DNA of 36,666 nt, taken from the sequence record SRR20825010_4262. One strand, given 5' to 3'. Below are positions 27,527-36,666 of this stretch, piece after piece. Each line of letters begins with the position of its first letter. Within the stretch, counting starts at the first letter, position 1. The notes below the pieces were generated by a model. That model made no database searches and was not told where the DNA came from. It saw nothing but the letters and a program-made list of their open reading frames with translations. The position numbers and the translations under genes are program-made.

Positions 27527-29095
27527 ATGGCAGAATCTTATATGTTCGAACTTCCAAAGCATCACAAATCGATCATCAAGGTGATTGGAGTTGGTGGCGG
27601 AGGAAGCAACGCAGTAAACCACATGTATAATCAGGGTATTAAGGATGTGGAGTTTATCGTTTGTAACACTGATGCGCAGGCATTGAAAAGCAGTCCTATT
27701 CCAAATAGGTTACAAATAGGCATTGGCCTTACTGAAGGTCTTGGTGCTGGTGCCAGCCCAGAAGTGGGAAAAAATGCGGCTTTAGAAAGCAAAGAAGACA
27801 TCCGTCAAATGCTCGGTGACGATACCAAAATGGTATTCATTACCGCAGGAATGGGAGGAGGTACCGGGACTGGTGCCGCTCCGGTAATTGCCAAAATAGC
27901 ACGCGACATGGACCTACTTACGGTAGGGATTGTTACGGCTCCTTTTGGTTTTGAAGGAAGAAAGAAAATGAATGCAGCCAATGAAGGTATTGCTGCATTA
28001 AAGGAGAATTGCGATACGGTTTTGGTGATCCTCAACGACAAGCTGAGAGAAATTCACGGTAACCTGCCGATCAGTAAGGCATTTGCCGAAGCAGATAATA
28101 TTTTAACCACAGCTGCTAAAGGAATTGCCGAAATCATTACCGTACCTGGTTATGTAAATGTCGATTTCATGGACGTTCAAACCGTAATGAAGGGCGCTGG
28201 TGCGGCTGTTATGGGTTCTGCTTCTGCCGAAGGCGAAGGAAGAGCACTAAGAGCTGCCGAAATGGCCATCTCTTCTCCGCTATTGAACAGTCAAGATATT
28301 TTAGGGGCTAAGAAAATCTTACTCTCTATTATCTCTGGTGAAGACGCTGAGCTTCAAATGGACGAGCTGACTGAAATTACTGAATACATCCAAGACAAAG
28401 CAGGTGATGATGCTGAAGTGATCTTCGGTCACGGAATTGATATAGAGCATGGACAAAGCATTAGCGTAACCGTAATTGCAACGGGCTTCGAGACTCCAAT
28501 GGTAGAAGCTAGACCAAATGCGTCTAAGAAAACGGTCATCGATTTAGAGAGTAATCAGCCAATCGAACGTAATGTTGAGAAGCCGTCTTTTATTGAGAAA
28601 CCAACACAATCGTCACTGTTCAACGCAGGTTTTGAAAAGCCGGAACCACGTCAGGGGATTGATGAAGTGGAGAATAAGGATGACAGTGATGATGACAATA
28701 TTACTTCAGGTTATACTTTCTTGTCTAGATTGGCACAGAAATATGATATCGAAGAAGTTGGGCCAGAAGCCAGTGACGATCCAGAAGTTCGTTTACGTAA
28801 TGAACGTGTTGAGCTAGATCACGAAGAGCAACGTTACAAGGATTTCTTGGAAATGAAGCGCAACAAACTTCAACAACAAGCGAGACTAAGAGAAGAAAAG
28901 TTACGTAGCTCTGGAAATTATCAGATCAAGAATGATGATATCAAAGAGAAACTTGAAGTTCCCGCTTATCAGCGTAGACAAGTAAGGTTAAACGATGCAC
29001 CGCCTTCATCTGAAAGCAATGTGTCGCGCTATAACCTTAATGATGACGATGAAATAATGGGCAACAATAAGTTTCTACATGACAATGTAGATTGA
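27527..29095 (+). CDS. ftsZ: Cell division protein FtsZ with long acidic C-terminal linker
   Basis: GVGGGGSNAV, NTDAQAL, GMGGGTGTG, NVDFMD, Bacteroidota C-terminus VPAY.R...N.FLHDNVD; ATG 27527 preferred over TTG 27479. Confidence 0.98.
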   Translation: MAESYMFELPKHHKSIIKVIGVGGGGSNAVNHMYNQGIKDVEFIVCNTDAQALKSSPIPNRLQIGIGLTEGLGAGASPEVGKNAALESKEDIRQMLGDDTKMVFITAGMGGGTGTGAAPVIAKIARDMDLLTVGIVTAPFGFEGRKKMNAANEGIAALKENCDTVLVILNDKLREIHGNLPISKAFAEADNILTTAAKGIAEIITVPGYVNVDFMDVQTVMKGAGAAVMGSASAEGEGRALRAAEMAISSPLLNSQDILGAKKILLSIISGEDAELQMDELTEITEYIQDKAGDDAEVIFGHGIDIEHGQSISVTVIATGFETPMVEARPNASKKTVIDLESNQPIERNVEKPSFIEKPTQSSLFNAGFEKPEPRQGIDEVENKDDSDDDNITSGYTFLSRLAQKYDIEEVGPEASDDPEVRLRNERVELDHEEQRYKDFLEMKRNKLQQQARLREEKLRSSGNYQIKNDDIKEKLEVPAYQRRQVRLNDAPPSSESNVSRYNLNDDDEIMGNNKFLHDNVD

Positions 29096-29117
29096 TTAAA
29101 ATCTTTCATATAAATAC

Positions 29118-29152
29118 AAAAGACGACCTGCTGCCATGGGTCGTCTTTTTTT
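29118..29152 (+). terminator. Rho-independent terminator of the dcw operon (possibly bidirectional)
   Basis: AAAAGACGACC...GGTCGTCTTTTTTT. Confidence 0.9.
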
Positions 29153-29164
29153 GTCGCTAAACCC

Positions 29165-29197
29165 AACCCTTGGAGGGTTCAAAACCCTCCAAGGGTT
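29165..29197. repeat. REP-like nested palindrome
   Basis: AACCCTTGGAGGGTT-caa-AACCCTCCAAGGGTT: a perfect 15-bp IR whose arms are each self-palindromic. Confidence 0.75.
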
Positions 29198-29229
29198 TAA
29201 TAATGGCAAAAACTTTCCTTTTGCTAAAA

Positions 29230-29826
29230 TCAAAACAACTCTATCTGCTCTGGCAACAACCTAAAGGATTTTCTGTGTAAAGGCGTAACCCCCAAATCCC
29301 TGATGGCTTGGCGGTGCTTTTTGGTGGGGTAGCCTGCGTTGGTTTCCCAGCCATAACCAGGAAACTTCAATGCCGCCTCACTCATAATTCTGTCTCTTTC
29401 TACTTTCGCAAGAATGGAAGCTGCCGCAATGGATAAATACTTTCCATCACCCTTGATAATACATTCATGGGTAATGCCTTGATAGACCTTGAAGCGATTA
29501 CCATCAATAAGGAGTAACTCAGGTCTCAATTTTAGTTGGTCAATGGCACGATGCATTGCCAAAAAGGAGGCATTCAAAATATTGATTTCATCAATTTCCT
29601 CTGGGCTTACCTCGCAAACCGCCCAAGCCAAGGCTTCAGCTTTAATTTCAAGTTCAAGCTGCTCTCTGTGTACTCTTTTTAGTTGCTTAGAATCATTGAG
29701 TAATTTGTTTTGGTAATCTGTTGGAAGAATAACGGCCGAGGCCACTACAGGTCCAGCTAAAGGTCCACGGCCGGCTTCATCGCAACCCGCTTCTATTTTT
29801 CCAGAACCAAAATTTGATAATAACAT
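29230..29826 (-). CDS. rnhB: Ribonuclease HII
   Basis: [52 protein letters not shown] 29826 preferred. Confidence 0.97.
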   Translation of the reverse strand: MLLSNFGSGKIEAGCDEAGRGPLAGPVVASAVILPTDYQNKLLNDSKQLKRVHREQLELEIKAEALAWAVCEVSPEEIDEINILNASFLAMHRAIDQLKLRPELLLIDGNRFKVYQGITHECIIKGDGKYLSIAAASILAKVERDRIMSEAALKFPGYGWETNAGYPTKKHRQAIRDLGVTPLHRKSFRLLPEQIELF

Positions 29827-29829
29827 GCC

Positions 29830-29876
29830 CAAACTTAAAACTTTGATTTGGATGCTGAAACATATGTCTAATTTTG
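29830..29876. promoter_or_regulatory. Back-to-back Bacteroidota promoters for rnhB and NUDIX
   Basis: Minus strand: TAAGTTTG (29830-29837) 3 nt before the rnhB ATG. Plus strand: TTTG (29847-29850)-N18-TAATTTTG (29869-29876) 4 nt before the NUDIX ATG. Confidence 0.7.
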
Positions 29877-29880
29877 CGGC

Positions 29881-30429
29881 ATGGAATCGCATAAAAACCC
29901 TTGGAAAACTTTAGACGGAAAACTGATTTACGAAAACCCGTGGATTAGGGTCGATGAGTTTAATGTGATCAATCCTTTGGGCGGGAAAGGAATTTATGGA
30001 AAAGTATCCTTTAAAGGACGAGCTGTTGGAATCCTTCCTATAGACGATGAAATGAATACTTGGTTGGTAGGGCAGTATCGATATACTTTAAATGAATACA
30101 GTTGGGAAATCCCGATGGGGGCGGTACCCGAAAACGAGATTTTGGAGGTTGGGGCAAAGCGCGAACTGAAAGAAGAAACTGGGCTTGACTGCCAGGAACT
30201 TGAGTTTTTGTGTAAAATTCATACTTCAAATTCAGTAACGGACGAAGTGGGGTTAGCTTATTTAGCAACTGGCCTTACCAAGGGTGAAACTAACTTTGAT
30301 GATACCGAAGATATTTCAATCAAGAAATTACCCTTTAACGAAGTGTTAGAAATGGTGCTCGATGGCCGCATTACCGATAGTTTAAGCGTAGCAGCAATCA
30401 TGAGGTTTGCTCGATTAAAAGGAATCTAA
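29881..30429 (+). CDS. NUDIX hydrolase (ADP-ribose pyrophosphatase-like)
   Basis: QYRY, WEIPMG...[11 protein letters not shown] Nudix box. Confidence 0.92.
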   Translation: MESHKNPWKTLDGKLIYENPWIRVDEFNVINPLGGKGIYGKVSFKGRAVGILPIDDEMNTWLVGQYRYTLNEYSWEIPMGAVPENEILEVGAKRELKEETGLDCQELEFLCKIHTSNSVTDEVGLAYLATGLTKGETNFDDTEDISIKKLPFNEVLEMVLDGRITDSLSVAAIMRFARLKGI

Positions 30430-31793
30430 TGTTAGAGCAACTATCGTATAAACAGCATTTCGGTAAAACGATTAACCTTGCCTACCCTGTAATGTTGAGC
30501 CAAGTAGGCCACGTTACTGTAGGTATTGTGGATAGTATTATGGTCGGGCAAATTGGGCCAGAAGCCCTGGCCGCATCTTCTTTCGCCAATAATGTGCTTA
30601 TGGTATTTCTGATGTTCGGCATTGGTATGTCGTATGGCATCACTCCACTAGTTGCTCAAGCCGATGGTGAAGGTGACCGTAATAAAATCACTCGACTGCT
30701 CCGCCATGGAATTGTTTTGTGTTTAGGTACCAGTTTAGTGTTGGTCTTATTAGGCTACCTCTTGTCTTTTGGTTTCGAGAATTTCTCTCAACCCGAAGAA
30801 GTAATCAGGCTAGGGAAACCGTACTTCTATGTCATCCTCTTTTCGATGATTCCGATGATGCTTTTTCAGAATTTCAGACAATTTGCTGAAGGGCTTTCTA
30901 TCACCAAACCCACCATGTTCATTACTATTGGTGCGAACCTTATCAATGTGTTGTTCAATTATCTTCTGATTTACGGGAAGTTCGGTTTCCCTGAATTAGG
31001 GTTAATTGGTGCAGGCTGGGGTACTTTAATATCCAGAATTTTTATGGCGGCAGGGATGATGCTTTATGTTGGGAAGAGCCAAAGAACGAAGTATTATAGA
31101 GAGGCTTTCAAAATCTTCAACATTACCGCTGCTTACTTTAAACCCATGCTCAAAATTGGAGTACCAAGCGGAACACAGTTTGTATTTGAGGTAAGTGCTT
31201 TTGCTGGAGCGGCTTTATTGATGGGTAAAATGGGTGTAGTGCCTTTGGCGGCCCACCAAATTGCTTTGAGCTTGGTTTCACTCAGTTATATGATGGCCAC
31301 AGGTATTGCAGCGGCTTCTACAGTACGTATTGGCAACCAAGTGGGTAGAAGGGATGCTTTCAACCTTAACCGCGCTGGCAATACCAGCTTTATGATGGCG
31401 CTTATTTTTATGGCCTGTTGTTCTGTGGTCTACATTGTCTTCCATAATTTCTTCCCCACACTCTATATCGATGACCCCGAAGTAATAAGAATAGCAGGTT
31501 CATTGATTATTGTGGCGGGTTTCTTCCAGCTGTCAGATGGTGTTCAAGTGGTAGGCTTAGGCTCGCTCAGAGGAATGTCAGATGTTCGAGTGCCTACCCT
31601 AATCACTTTTGTAGCCTATTGGGTATTGGGTATACCGGTGAGTTATCTTTTTGGCTTTGTGCTGGGTTTTGGCCCCGAAGGTGTTTGGTACGGCCTGCTG
31701 ACAGGCTTGAGTATTGCCGCCATTACACTCTTTATCCGCTTTAAGGTTTTGGCGAAAAGGAAGGCGCTTTCTTTTGTGAACGGAGAGGAATGA
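30429..31793 (+). CDS. MATE family efflux transporter (NorM-like)
   Basis: About 12 TM helices, DSIMVG, LIYGKFGFPELG, AAHQIA, FQLSDGVQ; TAATG coupling with NUDIX. Confidence 0.93.
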   Translation: MLEQLSYKQHFGKTINLAYPVMLSQVGHVTVGIVDSIMVGQIGPEALAASSFANNVLMVFLMFGIGMSYGITPLVAQADGEGDRNKITRLLRHGIVLCLGTSLVLVLLGYLLSFGFENFSQPEEVIRLGKPYFYVILFSMIPMMLFQNFRQFAEGLSITKPTMFITIGANLINVLFNYLLIYGKFGFPELGLIGAGWGTLISRIFMAAGMMLYVGKSQRTKYYREAFKIFNITAAYFKPMLKIGVPSGTQFVFEVSAFAGAALLMGKMGVVPLAAHQIALSLVSLSYMMATGIAAASTVRIGNQVGRRDAFNLNRAGNTSFMMALIFMACCSVVYIVFHNFFPTLYIDDPEVIRIAGSLIIVAGFFQLSDGVQVVGLGSLRGMSDVRVPTLITFVAYWVLGIPVSYLFGFVLGFGPEGVWYGLLTGLSIAAITLFIRFKVLAKRKALSFVNGEE

Positions 31794-31892
31794 AGTTGTC
31801 ATTACTCTATTTTTTATACCGTGGCTCCATACAGAAAGTACTCAACTGAGAGAGTGTTGCTCTGTTCAGTAATCATTCTAATATATTTTTTA

Positions 31893-31917
31893 ACTTATGA
31901 TTTATTAAATCATAAGT
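31893..31917. promoter_or_regulatory. Perfect 12-1-12 palindrome abutting the lipoprotein start codon
   Basis: ACTTATGATTTA-t-TAAATCATAAGT immediately followed by ATG 31918. Confidence 0.5.
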
Positions 31918-32976
31918 ATGAAGGCGAAGTACCTCTTTTTATTTACCGTGTTACTTGTTTTCTCTTGCCAGAATTCGACAGACGAAGTTAATAGTCTTAC
32001 TTCCAACATTAGTATTGAAAGCTATAAACCGCTTCTCGGTAAAGAAGTTAAGGCTTTTGGAGAAGGTTGTTTTCGCCAAATTGAGGTGATTGACTCTGTT
32101 TTGGTCCTATTAGACCCTTGTTTAGGAGAGCAATTCCAGCTCTATTCTTTAAGTGGGCGTCTGATTAACTCTTTCGGAAGAGATGGCGATGGACCAAATG
32201 AATTTAAGTTGCCTAGTATCAAGTATGAAGCAGGTGACGGTATTTGGGTACATGATATAAATAAGAATCGTTTCAAGTATTTCGATCGAGAAAATATACT
32301 CACGGGTGAAGGTTACCCTACTGAGGAAGTGCTTATCCCAACGGGGCTACTTGACGATTCTAATCTTATAAAATTTGCTGACAGTGTTTTTATTGGAGCA
32401 AATAATACAGAAGGTAAGGGGAACTTCTTCTTTTTCAATACACAAACAGAAGTGAAAAATTGGAGTCCGTTTCACCCAAAAGTGACGAATGAACCTATTG
32501 AAAAGAAGCGACCTACATTGTATGGGGGTATATTAGTTTTTGAACCTCAAAAACGATTACTGGTAAAGGCCTATCAGTTTTTTAATCAGTTGAGCATTTA
32601 TAATATGGAGGGCGAGTTGCAAAAGGATATTATTTTTGGAGATGCCTTAGACCCTGATTTTTCTCAACCATCAAAATGGTTTGTGCCTGATGAGGTTGTT
32701 TATGCATTTCTTGATGTGAAGGTCACGAGCGAGGCCATTTATGGTTTGTACAGTGGGCTTCGTCAAAACGAGTACTTAACTGAGGAAGGGTACCCTAGAT
32801 CTGGGCTTAAAAAATCATACTTATTTATTGTGAATTGGGATGGTGAACTAATAAAGGCTTATGAACTTGATAAGTATCTGCGGAGCTTTGACCTTGATAA
32901 GAACAGCTCCATTTATGGCTTAGCCGAAGACGATAGCTTAGGAGTAAAGAAGGTTTATAAGTTCGATTTGAAGTAG
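31918..32976 (+). CDS. Lipoprotein, probable TolB-like six-bladed beta-propeller (BF3164/DUF4934-like)
   Basis: Lipobox LVFS-C, FGRDGDGPNEF, IYGLYSG, NWDGELIK.Y.LD. Confidence 0.75.
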   Translation: MKAKYLFLFTVLLVFSCQNSTDEVNSLTSNISIESYKPLLGKEVKAFGEGCFRQIEVIDSVLVLLDPCLGEQFQLYSLSGRLINSFGRDGDGPNEFKLPSIKYEAGDGIWVHDINKNRFKYFDRENILTGEGYPTEEVLIPTGLLDDSNLIKFADSVFIGANNTEGKGNFFFFNTQTEVKNWSPFHPKVTNEPIEKKRPTLYGGILVFEPQKRLLVKAYQFFNQLSIYNMEGELQKDIIFGDALDPDFSQPSKWFVPDEVVYAFLDVKVTSEAIYGLYSGLRQNEYLTEEGYPRSGLKKSYLFIVNWDGELIKAYELDKYLRSFDLDKNSSIYGLAEDDSLGVKKVYKFDLK

Positions 32977-32978
32977 TA

Positions 32979-33659
32979 CTACTCGCTAGCCTTAAGGCTT
33001 TTGATAAACTCGACAATCCCTCTCACAATCATAAACTGAGCAATGATGTAGGTGAGCATAATAAGGAAACCAGCTTGCGGAAAAGGTGTTCCAAATTGGT
33101 TGATGGCTAAAATGCTATCGCTAATGATAAAGAAAAAGGCGCCAATCATAATCCACCAAAAACTGGTTTTGTCTGTTTTTCCCCAGCGCTTGCTGGCGGT
33201 AATACCCATAATGCAAATCACGATGGTATAGAGTAGGGCCGGAATCATCATGTCTCCCAAACCTGGTTTGATTTGTTGAAATATAACGAGGCCATACACC
33301 CCAAATAACAAATCGTGCCATTTGAATTTTAGTTTTCGGTCTTCTGTATCTATTAAATTGAGGTTAAGGAAAATATAGACAAGGTGTGCGAGTAAAAATG
33401 AAGCCAAACCCAGTAGAAAGAAGATGGGTTGAGCATCGGAGAAGATTAAGAAAACATCTCCCAATAAAGAGAGAAATAGGGCTGCATTCACAAATTTGCT
33501 CAATATCGTTTTAGGTATTTCACTGTTGAAGTAAATCATCAAACCCACCATTAAAAGTGGTTTGGTGAAATCTGCCATGGTTGGAAAATCCATCAGCTTG
33601 GCCAACAGATGGAGAAAGGCAAATGCAAAAAATGGAAGCAGTGTCTTTGGTGTTTTCAT
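32979..33659 (-). CDS. Lysoplasmalogenase, YhhN family
   Basis: TKPLLM, SLLGDVFL, GLASFLLAHLVY, GAFFFIISD, TYIIAQ. Confidence 0.92.
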   Translation of the reverse strand: MKTPKTLLPFFAFAFLHLLAKLMDFPTMADFTKPLLMVGLMIYFNSEIPKTILSKFVNAALFLSLLGDVFLIFSDAQPIFFLLGLASFLLAHLVYIFLNLNLIDTEDRKLKFKWHDLLFGVYGLVIFQQIKPGLGDMMIPALLYTIVICIMGITASKRWGKTDKTSFWWIMIGAFFFIISDSILAINQFGTPFPQAGFLIMLTYIIAQFMIVRGIVEFIKSLKASE

Positions 33660-33764
33660 GATTTAAAATTATTGAGACAACCTTCCAAAACTTCTGTGTA
33701 TTAAATAGTTACGGGTCATTAGGGGTTGTTGTTAAATATATTAATTACAGCTCTCTAAATGATG

Positions 33765-33790
33765 GGATACTGAAACAAGGTCAGTATGAA
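33765..33790. repeat. Degenerate REP-like palindrome
   Basis: GGATACTGA-aacaagg-TCAGTATGAA, resembling from memory the Bacteroidota extragenic palindrome GATGCTGAAACAAGTTCAGCATGAC. Confidence 0.4.
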
Positions 33791-33813
33791 TGGGTAAGGA
33801 GGGTTCGATTCAA

Positions 33814-35016
33814 TTAAACCTCGCCTTTCACAAACCATTTCGACCAATTTAAACCAAAAGTAAGAAATAGGAAACCGATAAATGAAAGTGCAGCACAAAT
33901 TAGGAAGGCTTCGCGCAGGTTTTCAATATGATTTCCATAAATCCATCCAGCAATAAGTGCTCCCGAACCAATTCCTATTTCTAGAGCAATGTACATAGTG
34001 GCCAATCCTTTGCCGCGTAAGTGATCCAAACTTAAATCAATCGTCCACGCATAAATAGTTGGGGTGTTCATGCCTACCGCAATACCAAACATTACTGCAC
34101 TCACCATGAGCATGGTTTGGGTATGGGTATAAGCGATTAGAATATCTGAGACGACAATAGCCAATGCCGCAATTTTTAAAACAATGATTCTACCGTACTT
34201 ATCGGAAGCCTTTCCTGCCAAAAGTCGGATCACCAAAGAAGAAATCACAAATACGGTAAAGAAAATGCCTTTTTGACCTTGGTCATAGCCAAGTTGTATG
34301 GTAAGATCTGGCACTAAAGTAAGCACTGCCCCAAATGAAAAGGCCGTCAATAAAAAGAGGAGTGAGGGGTTGAATACCCTTGGCTCAATAACTTCATTCC
34401 ATTTGATTTTGAGTAACTTAGGGTGAAATTTCACCTTGTCTTTCAAGGTTTCTCTCATGCCTGCTAGGATGATCACCGATAGTATTGCTACTATTGATGA
34501 AATATAAAATGTCATGTCCAAGCCGTAAGCTTCAGTGATTTTTGGACCAATAGAGGGACCCGCGGCCATCCCTAAACTTCCGAAAAATCCGGAATAGCCC
34601 ATGGCTTCTCCTCGTCTGTTGGCAGGTACTATATCAGCAAGGTATGCTGAAGTGCCAGTTGGTTTAAAGCCGGTAGAAAACCCATGAAGAAACCTGAGGA
34701 GCAACAAAGCCCAAACGGTGCCGACCATCGGGTATAAAAATCCCATTACAAAGCATATACTGGCGCCAAATATCATTACTGGAATTCGACCAATAGTGTC
34801 AGATAGTTTCCCGCTAAAGGGCCTAGAAAGCCCTGCTGTAACGGTGAAGAGGGAAATGATCAAGCCTTTGTATTCACCACCACCCAGAGAGGTAATATAG
34901 TCGTACAAATCGGGCACTATCATATTAAAGCTACCGAAGAACAGAAAGGAACTTAGGCAAAGTAAAAAGAACTGTAAGGTATAAATGCTGGGCTTTCCTG
35001 TCTTTCTTCTGAACAT
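33814..35016 (-). CDS. MFS transporter
   Basis: Motif A GKLSDTIGR / GKASDKYGR, RFLHG, RRGEAMG, about 12 TM helices; ATG 35016 preferred because ATG 35049 lies inside the terminator. Confidence 0.9.
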   Translation of the reverse strand: MFRRKTGKPSIYTLQFFLLCLSSFLFFGSFNMIVPDLYDYITSLGGGEYKGLIISLFTVTAGLSRPFSGKLSDTIGRIPVMIFGASICFVMGFLYPMVGTVWALLLLRFLHGFSTGFKPTGTSAYLADIVPANRRGEAMGYSGFFGSLGMAAGPSIGPKITEAYGLDMTFYISSIVAILSVIILAGMRETLKDKVKFHPKLLKIKWNEVIEPRVFNPSLLFLLTAFSFGAVLTLVPDLTIQLGYDQGQKGIFFTVFVISSLVIRLLAGKASDKYGRIIVLKIAALAIVVSDILIAYTHTQTMLMVSAVMFGIAVGMNTPTIYAWTIDLSLDHLRGKGLATMYIALEIGIGSGALIAGWIYGNHIENLREAFLICAALSFIGFLFLTFGLNWSKWFVKGEV

Positions 35017-35022
35017 AGTATT

Positions 35023-35051
35023 AAACAAAAAATGGAGCCGAAGCTCCATTT
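35023..35051 (-). terminator. Rho-independent terminator after prfB (C(UUCG)G loop)
   Basis: Minus strand AAATGGAGC-TTCG-GCTCCATTT-TTTGTTT. Confidence 0.85.
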
Positions 35052-35054
35052 GGT

Positions 35055-36132
35055 TTATTGTTGCATTAAATACGCTTTTATGTAATCGTCTAAGTCACCG
35101 TCTAACACGTTTTGAACGTCAGTTCGTTCATAACCTGTACGGGCGTCTTTAATCAATTTATAAGGATGCAGGACGTAGTTTCGAATTTGAGAACCAAAAT
35201 CTACGCGCATTTTTTCACCTTCCACAATATCTCTGGCGGCATTACGCTTGTCGAGCTCAATTTGATATAATCGAGACTTTAACATAGAAAGCGCTTTCTC
35301 CTTATTTCCGAGTTGAGACCTGCCCTCTGTATTTTCAATGGTAATGCCAGTAGGAGCGTGTTTTAGACGCACACCCGTTTCTACCTTGTTTACGTTCTGT
35401 CCACCTGCACCCCCTGAACGGAAAGTATCCCAACTGATATCTCCAGGTTTGATTTCTATCTCTATAGTATCATCTACCAGCGGGTAAGCAAATACGGATG
35501 CAAACGAAGTGTGCCTTCTTCCTCCTGAATCGAAAGGAGAAATACGCACCAAACGATGCACTCCTGATTCAGCCTTTAATTGGCCAAAAGCAAACTCGCC
35601 TTCAAACTCTAAGGTGCAAGATTTACAGCCTGCTACATCGCCCGCTTGATAATGGATTTGCTTCACATTATAGCCTTGGCGTTCGCCCCACATGATGTAC
35701 ATTCGCATCAGTATTTCGGCCCAATCGTTACTTTCTGTTCCGCCTGCGCCAGGGTTGATTTCAATCACGGCACTCAGTTGGTCTTCTTCACCACTGAGCA
35801 TCTTCTTGAATTCAATTTCTTCTAAAATTTCGAGTGCTTTTGTGTATTCTTTTTCTACCTCTTCAACGGACACTTCACCCATTTCGAGGAACTCGTTTAG
35901 GGTGTCAACATCTTCTAAAGCGGTTAAAACGTTTTCAAAGCTGGTAGTCCAGACTTTCTTTAAACGTATTTGTTTTAATACTTTTTCGGCCTCTTTTGGG
36001 TCGTTCCAAAATTCTGGTTGGGCCGTCACCAGCTCTTCTTCTTCTACTTCACTTTTCTTGACATCGTAGTCAAAGATACCCCCTCAAAGCCGCTACTCTG
36101 GCTTTTAAATCTTTCAGCTGATCTGAAGTCAT
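35055..36132 (-). CDS. prfB: Peptide chain release factor 2 with programmed +1 frameshift
   Basis: ORF1 [20 protein letters not shown] ends AGG GGG TAT CTT TGA C, and the +1 frame continues DYDVKK... into the SPF and GGQ motifs. Confidence 0.97.
36069..36084 (-). other. prfB frameshift cassette (internal SD AGGGGG + CTT TGA C)
   Basis: Canonical RF2 autoregulatory site; TGA at 36072-36070. Confidence 0.95.
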
Positions 36133-36153
36133 AGTTCGTAATTTTTTGAAGCG

Positions 36154-36184
36154 CAAAGGTGGTAAAATGTAGGGGATAATTCAA
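36154..36184 (-). promoter_or_regulatory. Candidate prfB promoter (TTG-N20-CACCTTTG)
   Basis: One-mismatch -7 element 21 nt upstream of the ATG. Confidence 0.5.
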
Positions 36185-36221
36185 GATTGAATTCAATTTC
36201 AATAATGGTTTAGCGGATATT

Positions 36222-36258
36222 AAAAAGAAAGAAGCCCAATTGTATCAATTGGGCTTCT
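36222..36258 (-). terminator. Rho-independent terminator after ragB/susD
   Basis: AGAAGCCCAATTG-ata-CAATTGGGCTTCT then TTCTTTTT on the minus strand. Confidence 0.88.
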
Positions 36259-36293
36259 ATAATTTATGAAGATATTAAACCTCCTTCGTATTA

Positions 36294-36666
36294 TTAATCG
36301 TTCTGAACCAAACTAGGATTGATATTGATGGCGCTAATTGGGAAGAAAAATTGCCACTGCAGGTCACCAGCAGGTATATCAGTGATTCTAGCTTGAGTTA
36401 AGCTGAAACTACCTCTGGTAGATCTCTGAAGTGGTAAGTCCAATCTCTTAAGGTCTAAGAAACCGAATCCTTCACCCCAAAGCTCAATTCTTCTTTGCAC
36501 TAAGATTTCATCTAAAAGTGCCTGTCCCGTGTTAACGCTGATTATTGCATTTGGGTCACGTTGAGAAACTAAAGAGAATAAAGCAGTTCTAGCAGCAACT
36601 TCATTAGCTCCTCCTAAGCGAGCATTCGCTTCAGCCTCAATCAAAATCATCTCAGCAGTACGCATT
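36294..36666 (-). CDS. RagB/SusD family outer-membrane nutrient-binding protein, C-terminal part
   Basis: MRTAEMILIEAEA, EI..QRRIELWGEG..FLDLKR, FPI..I..NP.L.QN. Confidence 0.92.
   Translation of the reverse strand, partial: MRTAEMILIEAEANARLGGANEVAARTALFSLVSQRDPNAIISVNTGQALLDEILVQRRIELWGEGFGFLDLKRLDLPLQRSTRGSFSLTQARITDIPAGDLQWQFFFPISAININPSLVQND

Noticed and set aside
13157-29095. murF and ddl absent from the dcw cluster; long FtsZ linker
   Set aside because: Usual arrangement in Bacteroidota
29827-29892. Track's extended rnhB start overlapping NUDIX
   Set aside because: It spans the two promoters; ATG 29826 gives the standard RNase HII N-terminus
35055-36132. prfB as a pseudogene or sequencing error
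   Set aside because: The break is the canonical programmed CTT-TGA site

Overview
Core-genome window from a Bacteroidota chromosome. Cytophagales is inferred from gene content, protein style and TAnnTTTG-type promoters, and was not confirmed by search. Left to right: a truncated secreted protein (minus strand, absent from the ORF track) divergent from a T9SS PorP/SprF gene; an M48 peptidase; an Omp85-like protein; gpsA, a PlsB-like acyltransferase and bioF; an LpxR-family deacylase; a polyprenyl synthase; and a family III CoA-transferase. Next is the dcw cluster (mraZ rsmH ftsL ftsI murE mraY [four-helix-bundle gene] murD ftsW murG murC ftsQ ftsA ftsZ). After it come rnhB, NUDIX, MATE, a beta-propeller lipoprotein, YhhN, MFS, frameshifted prfB and the 3' end of a RagB/SusD gene. 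The most striking unexplained signal is a 7-nt-periodic inverted-repeat system at dcw gene junctions. A four-helix-bundle (IVS/Avd-like) gene is bracketed by complementary heptamer arms between mraY and murD. An 'empty' 5+5 heptamer hairpin lies between murE and mraY, and an orphan heptamer array lies before ftsZ. Also notable are a candidate ~100-nt antisense-oriented intergenic sRNA, three genes (including essential murG) that seem to need ATA/ATT/ATC starts, forward and inverted MraZ boxes, and back-to-back leaderless promoters.
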